Origin: Candidatus Aenigmatarchaeota archaeon
GTDB lineage: Archaea; Aenigmatarchaeota; Aenigmatarchaeia; GW2011-AR5
Length of the DNA stretch: 64,000 bases
Direction: 5' to 3'
NCBI GenBank assembly: GCA_016193585.1
Contig: JACPRW010000003.1
Coordinates: forward strand, 129,649 to 193,648
Shown one piece after another: positions 57,070 through 64,000 of this stretch (its first letter is position 1; each line of letters begins with the position of its first letter). The notes below the pieces were generated by a model. The model made no database searches. It saw only the letters and a list, made by a program, of their open reading frames with translations, and was not told the DNA's origin. Both the position numbers and the translations under genes were made by a program.

Positions 57070-57939
57070 TTACCGTTTCTTGAGCAGGCGGCGGATGTCC
57101 CCGGCTGACTGCATCGACCTGATATCCTTTTCCTGGATGCTCGGCAGGTCGAAATCCGCTTCTTCCTTCGTTACGAGAAGCACGGGGCGTTCGGTGATTT
57201 CGGAGAAGCCGGCCATGTTGCTGGCGTCAGCGTCTTCTCTGCGCTCTTCCGCATCCGCGAAGACCATGAAGCGCTCGCTCGCTATGATGTTGAACGGCGA
57301 CTGGTGGACGGATTGCGTCTCGAAGCCGAGCCGCCGCAAATCTGCGATAACAAGCCGCTCGAAAGCGCCTTTCGGATTGGCGGTGGCGCCTGCCTCAAAT
57401 TCAAGTGTCACCGCATCGGTGATGTCGCCGAGCACTTTCTCCAGCCGCTGCACGATGTCGTACGACGCCTTCATGGTTTTGTGTTCGTGCTCGTAGACGC
57501 TCTTCCTGGTGATGCCGACTCTTGCTGCAAGCTCCTGCTGCGTGAGCCCTGCTTCGGTCCGCTTCTGGCGCAGGCGTTCTGCGCTGATCGTGGCAAAGAG
57601 ACCTCCCCTGAAACGGTAGAGCTTCGGGAACGCTGACTGGACGATATGCTCGAACGTTCGCACGGTCATCGACGGCACGGAGAACCGTTCATATATAATA
57701 TTGTCTTCCATAGCTTCCCGGCGCGTATGCGAGCCGACAAGGAACGCGCTCGCATCGAGGCTGCCAGAGAGGATTTTGAGGTTGTTCGCCTGCTCTTCCT
57801 GGAATGAGTCGATATTCCCGAGAATCTTGAGGAAGAGCGTCTGCTCGCGGCGCGCGACGATGTCGAAGCACCCGCGGTACTCAGCGTAGGCGAAGCGATG
57901 GTCCTCGAGGACGCGCCCCACTTGTGTTTTGATGTCCAT
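57070..57939 (-). CDS. Archaeal transcription regulator with an XRE-type HTH (LTQQELAARVGITRKSVYEHE) embedded in a larger conserved protein.
   Basis: HTH motif plus the domain layout of a widespread archaeal putative-regulator family. Confidence 0.7.
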   Translation of the reverse strand: MDIKTQVGRVLEDHRFAYAEYRGCFDIVARREQTLFLKILGNIDSFQEEQANNLKILSGSLDASAFLVGSHTRREAMEDNIIYERFSVPSMTVRTFEHIVQSAFPKLYRFRGGLFATISAERLRQKRTEAGLTQQELAARVGITRKSVYEHEHKTMKASYDIVQRLEKVLGDITDAVTLEFEAGATANPKGAFERLVIADLRRLGFETQSVHQSPFNIIASERFMVFADAEERREDADASNMAGFSEITERPVLLVTKEEADFDLPSIQEKDIRSMQSAGDIRRLLKKR

Positions 57940-57995
57940 AAAATCCTTTTAGCTGAACAAAGTATATAAGATTTCCAGGGAGAAAGCATCAGAAA

Positions 57996-58139
57996 GGGCC
58001 GGTAGCTCAGTGGTAGAGCACCAGTCTTATATGACAGCCTGGTTTAAGCAGGAACAAGCCCGGCTATCGTGGTTAACTGGCGACATGTTCCGCATCGCGG
58101 AGATGCCAGAAGTCGTGAGTTCGATCCTCATCCGGCCCA
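57996..58139 (+). tRNA. tRNA gene spanning 144 nt, with about 68 nt of intervening sequence that is probably two introns. Anticodon tentatively UAU (Ile) if the first intron is at 37/38.
   Basis: Canonical 5' part (gggccgg-ta-gctc-agtggta-gagc-a) and 3' part (gtgag-ttcgatc-ctcat-ccggccc-a). Anticodon stem ccagt pairs with actgg 44 nt downstream. A further about 29 nt separates the stem from the variable loop. Confidence 0.65.
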
Positions 58140-58177
58140 TCTGAGCAAGAACAACGAATGGATGCACAGCGTCCGTT

Positions 58178-58522
58178 TCACGGAGGGCACCCGCAGGCCT
58201 GTTTGCAGTCGCTGGCACTTGTACCTTCCCCTGCATGCCTGGCCCAGCCGAACTTCAGTTCGCATGCCCGTGCAAGTGTATTTCCATCAGTCCCGTCACT
58301 GTCAGGGTCAAAGTTCGCTAGTGTTATGCCGCTCGGCGCTGTACCACACTTGTGAATATAGAACAGCTGGTTGCACCCGTCAGAAAACGCCTTTTCGACG
58401 GTAAGTGTATTCGAGCCTTTAGACAAATTACTGGAGAACAGGAAGCCGATTGTGGCGAACACAAGAACGGCCAGCAGCAGTATGACGGTTGTTTCTATCG
58501 ATAGGGAGATGCCCTTTGCCAT
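58178..58522 (-). CDS. Small pilin-like protein with a class III signal peptide (KG|ISLSIETTVILLLAV) and a Cys-containing globular domain.
   Basis: N-terminal motif shared with the two Cys-rich paralogs downstream (x-x-L-x-x-E-T). Confidence 0.55.
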   Translation of the reverse strand: MAKGISLSIETTVILLLAVLVFATIGFLFSSNLSKGSNTLTVEKAFSDGCNQLFYIHKCGTAPSGITLANFDPDSDGTDGNTLARACELKFGWARHAGEGTSASDCKQACGCPP

Positions 58523-58567
58523 GCAGTACGTATGGCATTCTGGATTTATAAAGAAGAGGAGAAGGCG

Positions 58568-58882
58568 CTACTTCTTCAGCACGACTTCGATGGTCGAGAC
58601 GTTGAGCTTTTCCTTGTTCTCATTCTCTATTTGTTCAGTGCCTATCCTGATAGCAGCGACTTTCGCGTCCTGCACGAACTTGTTCCGCACGATTTCCGCC
58701 ACGTTGACAGCGGTGGAAATCGCGTTGCCCCGCGCCTTCAGGTGGACCTCGTTCTGGCCTTCGCTGAACTGCGTCACGACTGCAAGAACATATGACATGC
58801 TTGGCTTCTTGCCCACGAAGACCACGTTGTCGCCTGCCCTTTCTGCCATTTGTGTCATCCCTGCTGTTTCTATTCGTAGCAA
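58568..58882 (-). CDS. albA: Chromatin protein Alba.
   Basis: Alba family full-length match ([20 protein letters not shown]...[14 protein letters not shown]). Confidence 0.9.
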   Translation of the reverse strand: MLRIETAGMTQMAERAGDNVVFVGKKPSMSYVLAVVTQFSEGQNEVHLKARGNAISTAVNVAEIVRNKFVQDAKVAAIRIGTEQIENENKEKLNVSTIEVVLKK

Positions 58883-59065
58883 TTACTGAATTTCCTGAAC
58901 GCCATTATAGGGGGCGGCAAAGTTCTTAAGGATTAGGGACACGGTATCCATGATTCGCAGCCGCCTGTGCTATCGCAGTTGCAATAGACCGACGAACACG
59001 CAGTGCACTGATCCTGGTAGCATGCTACATCTTGAATCGACATGAGAGTAAAAGAAAAGTTTTAA

Positions 59066-59545
59066 TCACCTGCAGCATTTGTAGGTGCTATCGAGTGGAG
59101 GTTTTTGACAGTCAGGAGTGCCTTGCGTCAGCTCCCCGCCTGGACATGACTTTCCGCAGCTGGTACCGCCGAGATCCTCTCTGCATCTGGGCATGCCGTT
59201 GCACTGGTCGCCGCAGCACTGCCAGATGCACTGCTGGCTTGCTGCCTGGCCGGTGGTGCAGCCCGGGTAGCCGCCTTCGCGCTGCTTGAGGCCGCCGCAT
59301 GCGTTCGCTATGCGGAGCCTGATGTCGTTGAGGTCGCTACGTTCGGTGCAGCCGGGCTCGTGCTGCGTATACGCGCTGCAGGCGGTTACCTTTTCCCGGG
59401 TGAGGCGCACCGTGTCGCCGAACGGGTTGGCGTTGCCCGTGAACACGAAGGCAAGAGAAGCGAGAACAATAAGGGCAAGAACAACGAGAACGATGGTCTC
59501 AACAGACAGCGCGACGCCTTTACGTTTCACATCTATTTGCAGCAT
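59066..59545 (-). CDS. Cysteine-rich pilin-like protein (class III signal KRKG|VALSVETIVLVV; about 15 Cys in a roughly 110-aa ectodomain).
   Basis: Signal motif plus a conserved Cys spacing shared with 59533-60066. Confidence 0.55.
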   Translation of the reverse strand: MLQIDVKRKGVALSVETIVLVVLALIVLASLAFVFTGNANPFGDTVRLTREKVTACSAYTQHEPGCTERSDLNDIRLRIANACGGLKQREGGYPGCTTGQAASQQCIWQCCGDQCNGMPRCREDLGGTSCGKSCPGGELTQGTPDCQKPPLDSTYKCCR

Positions 59546-60066
59546 TTGTAACCCCCCGTTGTCGACGATGTCTGGCACGACGGGCTGCTCGATTGTATTT
59601 CACGCTTGCCCGCAGGGCAGTTTGCCTCGCACGTGCCGCCGATTTCCCGGCAGCTTGCCGTTCCCCTGCAGTAGGTGCTGCAGCACTGCCACACGCACGC
59701 CAGTGATGCAGTGCCGGTGCAGTCCGAATAGCCTCCCTCAAGTGCGCGGAGCGCCTTGCAGGCAACTGCCACACGGTTGCGCGCGTCATTGACCTCACTG
59801 GTGCTCGCAGGGCTGCCCAAGTCAATGCTGCATTCCGGGTCCTTCTGCGTATACGCGCTGCAGGCGATCGCCCGTTCACGCTCCTTGGCAACTTTGTCGC
59901 CAGCCGGTGGCACGTTGCCCGAAAACAGGAAGAGCAGCGCGGCGAGGACGATGATGGCGAGCACCATGAACGTCATCGTCTCGAGCGGCAGTGCCGCGCC
60001 CTTAAAGGACGAGGGCCCGGGTTCTCTTCGACATCTACTGATTACCATAGCACGCATCAGATTCAC
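59533..60066 (-). CDS. Cysteine-rich pilin-like protein, paralog (class III signal FKG|AALPLETMTFMV).
   Basis: Aligns with 59066-59545 (ACSAYTQ..P.C ... EGGY..CT ... WQCC ... CRE.GGT.C ... YKCC). Confidence 0.55.
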   Translation of the reverse strand: MNLMRAMVISRCRREPGPSSFKGAALPLETMTFMVLAIIVLAALLFLFSGNVPPAGDKVAKERERAIACSAYTQKDPECSIDLGSPASTSEVNDARNRVAVACKALRALEGGYSDCTGTASLACVWQCCSTYCRGTASCREIGGTCEANCPAGKREIQSSSPSCQTSSTTGGYKCCK

Positions 60067-60088
60067 TTTGTCGTACCTCCATAAATAA

Positions 60089-63000
60089 TTATGCGCAGCC
60101 GCCTCCTTGTAGAGGCCCGCAGTACGTGTTTGAATCGCATGCGCCGTTGCTGCAGCAGTTCATGTGCACGCCAGCAGGGCAACCGGGGTCTGTGCAGTCC
60201 TGCGAGCACCAGTCGTTATAGGTGCAGCCCTCAGGACCAGTACAGCCGCCAGATGGCGGTGGAGGCGGCGGCGGGGTGGATGACCTGCAGGTGCTGCCAG
60301 AGCAGCCATTGCTGCAGTCTCTAACTTTTTCAGATTGTGGCGTGGAATCTTGGTAACACCCGCCTCGTGGATCAGAGCAGCCTATTGTATAACACGTTCT
60401 GTCGTGCCAGATATTGCCGTCCGCGGCATTGCAGTACTCAGAGCCCCATGGAGCGCAGCCGCTTATGAGCCCGGGACAGTTTTGAACAGTGCATACCGAG
60501 CTGCATACTGCCGACGTTGTCGCGCATTTCCCCGGCTCTATGCCGTCGCAGAGCGCATCAGCGCCGCACTGCGAGGCGCACGCGCCTCCATGGTACGCCT
60601 GCGCAAGGGCAGCATCGCTTGTGGGGTCAATGCCGTTTGCGCAGGATTGCGGCGCATCCTGCCTGCACTCCCATTTCCTCTTTGTCGGAGCGTCACAGTA
60701 AAACGAGCAGCCGCTGTTTTTTGCGTCGTCCCTGGTTGGCGTGCCGCTGCATTCCTTCCGGTAATCGCAAATCTCGTTCCGGTCCTTGTCCGTATACGCG
60801 TCGCCGAAGCAGTACGTCCTGCTGTTGCACGTGTTCGTTCCGCCGCGCCATGTCGGGGCAGGCGTGTCCGGCCAGTTCCATTTCTCGCAGCACTGCTTGC
60901 CCAGCGCCTCCCGCGGATTGATGCCGTCGTCATGCTCCTTGCAGAATATCGGGTTGCACGGTGGCGTGTCACATGCAGTGACGCACTGGAAGTCGCCGAG
61001 ATTGGTGTCCTGCTGCTTCTTGTAGGTGTCCTCCATACCAGGAATGGCACGCTCAGCGCTCGGTGACTGGCATGCATAGAACTTCCCGCCGACGCACACC
61101 GTATCCTTCTCGGTCAGCCAGCTGAACTGCTCGCTCGTATACTCCCTACAGTCAAGCACGCCAAGGTAATCCTTCACGCTGACGTCGAGCTGGAACGGCT
61201 GCTTGACAAACCTGCTGTTCGCTTCATCGTGATAATAGTAGCCCGGTCCGCTGGCTGCTGCTGGCGGCGGCGGAGGCGGCATGCCACCCGAAGAGCAGAG
61301 CCCCAGCGTGATTTCCGGATTTGCGACGGGCTGTTTTGACTGACCGCTCTTCTGGACTTGGACCTGGATGTGCACATGACCTTTGCCGCAGTTTGGTGCA
61401 GTGCTGGGGCAATCAATATTCGGATACAATCTGCCTGCAACGGCCCCGGACCAGGCTCTTGCGTTCTCTCTTCCTGACGAGAAATCACCCTCGTTCCTGA
61501 GGTGCGTCAGGTAGATTTCGTAGGTGTCCGTTCCTGCAGTTGTCCTGAACGTCTTGCCGTAGCCGAGGCCGCTGGCGCCGCCTTCTATCTGCACGAACGT
61601 CCATTCGACGGCATTCCCCTTTATGGTCGGCAGATAGACCTCGTAATTGTCAGTGCCGCCAGGGCCCTGAACGTCAATGCCGGTTACGGTTCTCGGGAAT
61701 TGCGTGCACCAGCTCGGCAGCGGCGTTCCATAGCCTTTGCCGCAATGCTCGCACGTCGCATGGCCAGAATTGAGCGAGCCGCAGCTGATGGTCGGGCTCT
61801 GCATCGGGCACGACATTCCCGAAGCAATGCTTTGAAGATACGTGTAACAGCCGTACACCTTGTCGGCGTACGCGCTGTCATGATTATAGCACCACGCCTG
61901 ATTCCATGCGACAGGACGCGCCGGGTCGCGCACGCTCGTCGCGCACGCCTTGAGGTAGGCTGCAGCAGCGGTCACCGAATCGGCTAACGTCTGGATGTCT
62001 GCGGTGCCGTCGCCGTTTCCATCCCTTCCGTAGCCTCCGGCTTGCTGGATGCGGTTCGGATTGGTATCAACAGGATAGGTCTGCTGGTTGCTCGACACGC
62101 AGTTGTAACCTTGCAGCACCGGGTTCGTGCTCCCGCTCCATGTGCACGGCATGAACTGGAACGGACCCTTCGCGCCTTTCGGCGAAGTGCCCCACGGTCC
62201 GTCAGGGTTCGGCCACGGCCGGCTGAACTCTTCGGCAGCATTGTCTGTTTTGCACGATGATGTCGGGCATGCATTCCCTGCATGCTCGCCGCACTTGAAG
62301 ATTGCTGCAATGAGCGCAGCAGGCGTCCCTTCCTGGTTCGACGCTGTCACGAAGATGGTATTGTAGGGCGCAGGAATGCCGGTGATGCTCCCCCCGCCGC
62401 TGCCTGGCGGCGTTGATGTCCCGCTCCCGTCTCTGAATGTTCCGGTGAGGTCGTATGCGAGCACCAGCCCTGCCTGGGGCGGCAGTATGCCGCTCTCGGT
62501 TGTCGGAACTTTCACGTGCAGGGCATTGATGACGAACGCCGAGGTGATGCTGTCCGTCTGCAGCCAGCTCTTGATTTCGTTTGCTTTCGAGAGCAGGTGC
62601 GTCTCTTTCTGGGTGCGGTACGTTTCATGAGTCATGGCATTGTTGATATCACCCGGCGACGCAGGATAATCATGCAGCCTGCCTGCGGCTGTACTGGAGA
62701 ACTCGGTTGCAACGCCGACGAGCCGCCAGCCCCCTGCGACGAGCTTCTTGAAAGGGGTGAAGATGACGTTGTCGTTCCGCGTTTCTGCATCAACGTGCGT
62801 ACCCAGATAGCTCGCCTGCAGGCGCTGCGTGACCAATGCAGTAACGCGGTCATAGGCAGGCCAGAAATTATTCGGCCTTGCGTCAAGCCGTATGCCGGTT
62901 ATGCCGAGCCGCACGTCGTTGACAGCCGGGTCGGACGGTATGGACAGATACCCTTGCATGATGCCGAGCAGGTAGTCGGAAACATGCTTGTTCTGCGGCA

Positions 63001-63349
63001 GGCATATTTTCGGGTTTGCAGTATCGGCGTTACACTTCCCCGCCTCCGGGACGATGATGCGCTTCTGTTCGGTCGGGTCGGTGAGGTACCAGTACCGCTC
63101 TCCGACACCCGTATAACCTGTCTTGAATATCGTCTGTATGGTGGACACGTACCACGTCATGCCGAGCGAGCGATTGGCAAGGTAGAACGTGTTTTTCGCC
63201 CGCAGCAAACCTGCTTCCTCGATGTTGATTTTGTACGTCTTGATGTTCGTTCCGAAGACTGCTATGCCGAAGATGAGGCCTATCAGTACGATGCTGATGC
63301 CGTAGAACAGGAGCTGGGCCGATGGGCCGCCGAATCCCTTAGCCGCCAA
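60089..63349 (-). CDS. Giant (1086 aa) membrane-anchored, Cys-rich extracellular protein with a lytic transglycosylase (SLT/lysozyme-like) domain and poly-Pro linkers.
   Basis: N-terminal TM anchor. A central segment AAEEFSRPW...SPKGAKGPFQFMPCTW...CYNHDSAY matches SLT motifs I-III (ES-x-F, S-x-x-GA-x-GLMQ-x-MP-x-T, AYN). The C-terminal 350 aa contain more than 60 Cys and PPPPPPP linkers. Confidence 0.65.
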   Translation of the reverse strand: MAAKGFGGPSAQLLFYGISIVLIGLIFGIAVFGTNIKTYKINIEEAGLLRAKNTFYLANRSLGMTWYVSTIQTIFKTGYTGVGERYWYLTDPTEQKRIIVPEAGKCNADTANPKICLPQNKHVSDYLLGIMQGYLSIPSDPAVNDVRLGITGIRLDARPNNFWPAYDRVTALVTQRLQASYLGTHVDAETRNDNVIFTPFKKLVAGGWRLVGVATEFSSTAAGRLHDYPASPGDINNAMTHETYRTQKETHLLSKANEIKSWLQTDSITSAFVINALHVKVPTTESGILPPQAGLVLAYDLTGTFRDGSGTSTPPGSGGGSITGIPAPYNTIFVTASNQEGTPAALIAAIFKCGEHAGNACPTSSCKTDNAAEEFSRPWPNPDGPWGTSPKGAKGPFQFMPCTWSGSTNPVLQGYNCVSSNQQTYPVDTNPNRIQQAGGYGRDGNGDGTADIQTLADSVTAAAAYLKACATSVRDPARPVAWNQAWCYNHDSAYADKVYGCYTYLQSIASGMSCPMQSPTISCGSLNSGHATCEHCGKGYGTPLPSWCTQFPRTVTGIDVQGPGGTDNYEVYLPTIKGNAVEWTFVQIEGGASGLGYGKTFRTTAGTDTYEIYLTHLRNEGDFSSGRENARAWSGAVAGRLYPNIDCPSTAPNCGKGHVHIQVQVQKSGQSKQPVANPEITLGLCSSGGMPPPPPPAAASGPGYYYHDEANSRFVKQPFQLDVSVKDYLGVLDCREYTSEQFSWLTEKDTVCVGGKFYACQSPSAERAIPGMEDTYKKQQDTNLGDFQCVTACDTPPCNPIFCKEHDDGINPREALGKQCCEKWNWPDTPAPTWRGGTNTCNSRTYCFGDAYTDKDRNEICDYRKECSGTPTRDDAKNSGCSFYCDAPTKRKWECRQDAPQSCANGIDPTSDAALAQAYHGGACASQCGADALCDGIEPGKCATTSAVCSSVCTVQNCPGLISGCAPWGSEYCNAADGNIWHDRTCYTIGCSDPRGGCYQDSTPQSEKVRDCSNGCSGSTCRSSTPPPPPPPSGGCTGPEGCTYNDWCSQDCTDPGCPAGVHMNCCSNGACDSNTYCGPLQGGGCA

Positions 63350-64000
63350 GTGCTATCACCATTTCTCCGTACAAATTGCCTTTGTAAAAAAGCGGAACCG
63401 CAGCCGACCCGATAAGATTCGCTGCCGCCATGAGCTGCGGATTCTTCGCCATGCAGCAGATGGGCGTCTCGCCGTTGTTGATGTCCAGGCAGTCGCCGGT
63501 GTCATCTATTTTCACCATCGTCGCGCCGCATGGCAGGTAGGTGTCTCCCAGGACCCCTGCATTGCAGATGCCGAGCGCGTAATCGCCGCAGGTTACGACG
63601 GCAAATTTTCCCGGCGTCCCCCCATTGCCTCCCCTGGACGCATACGCAGGCGGGTCGTACCTGCAGCACCTGACAGCGCTGCTTCCCATCTTCTTGTCGC
63701 AGCGTGAGGGGTCGTTGTAGTCGGGATTTTCCTGCACTTCCACAAACCCAACCGGGCACGGCTCGAAGTTGGTAAACTGGAAATTGCCTATACATGTCCC
63801 TTCCTCTACCTGCCCGCAGCGAAACGGCGTGTTATCAAATGCGAGAATCTTCTGGGAGTTGCGCATTACCGTGAACCCGTAGTAATCGCGCAGCGCGTAG
63901 ATGCCGACAAACTCACCAACAGAACGTTGCACCGCCGCTTCATCAGAGCCTGCGGCTCCCGCCGAGCCCGCCACCGACGTTTCGAGCGCGTGCTCGAGGA
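63339..64000 (-). CDS. Cys-rich hypothetical protein, 5'-partial. The reading frame continues past the window edge, so the start is not in the window.
   Basis: Open frame with no stop up to position 64000. About 20 Cys. Confidence 0.45.
   Translation of the reverse strand, partial: LEHALETSVAGSAGAAGSDEAAVQRSVGEFVGIYALRDYYGFTVMRNSQKILAFDNTPFRCGQVEEGTCIGNFQFTNFEPCPVGFVEVQENPDYNDPSRCDKKMGSSAVRCCRYDPPAYASRGGNGGTPGKFAVVTCGDYALGICNAGVLGDTYLPCGATMVKIDDTGDCLDINNGETPICCMAKNPQLMAAANLIGSAAVPLFYKGNLYGEMVIALGG

Noticed and set aside
60335-63415. Several ORFs of 240-300 aa on the + strand (60335-61066, 61502-61987, 62516-63415)
   Set aside because: Antisense to the 1086-aa Cys-rich protein. Arg/Ala-rich GC-driven frames.

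Overview
The window is a gene-dense, high-GC (about 55-65%) archaeal chromosomal segment with AT-rich intergenic spacers and many overlapping stop/start codons. Archaeal marker genes are unambiguous. They include RadA, RPA, a histone, Alba, the thermosome, TopoVI A and B, aIF1A, Nmd3, the tRNA-splicing endonuclease, and the ftsZ-secE-spt5(nusG)-L11 ... L1-L10(P0)-L12-alaS ribosomal neighbourhood. Other housekeeping genes are carA/carB, leuS, pheS/pheT, glyS, a MinD-like ATPase, dCMP deaminase, a NUDIX hydrolase, DJ-1/PfpI and an FKBP. There are five tRNA genes. Four of them appear to carry introns, and two or three of those introns sit at non-canonical positions. There are no rRNA genes and no CRISPR array.

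The accessory content is more unusual:
1. At least four families of about 95-bp hairpin-rich miniature repeats with conserved TATAG...CTATA termini, in 15 copies. Some are nested or clustered, and they seed several spurious ORF calls.
2. A Tad/archaellum-like type IV pilus locus (FlaI/TadA ATPase, two TadB/C-FlaJ-like membrane proteins, four class-III-signal pilin-like proteins).
3. An adjacent cluster of cysteine-rich pilin-like paralogs next to a 1086-aa membrane-anchored, Cys-rich protein. That protein contains what looks like a lytic-transglycosylase (SLT/lysozyme-like) domain, which is unexpected in an archaeon.
4. Two low-GC, tRNA-adjacent segments: a VapBC + EEP nuclease + lipoprotein island, and an XRE-HTH gene + top6A segment.
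5. A 4x tandem 25-bp repeat in the ftsZ divergent promoter.

The long ORFs antisense to real genes are artifacts of the high GC content.
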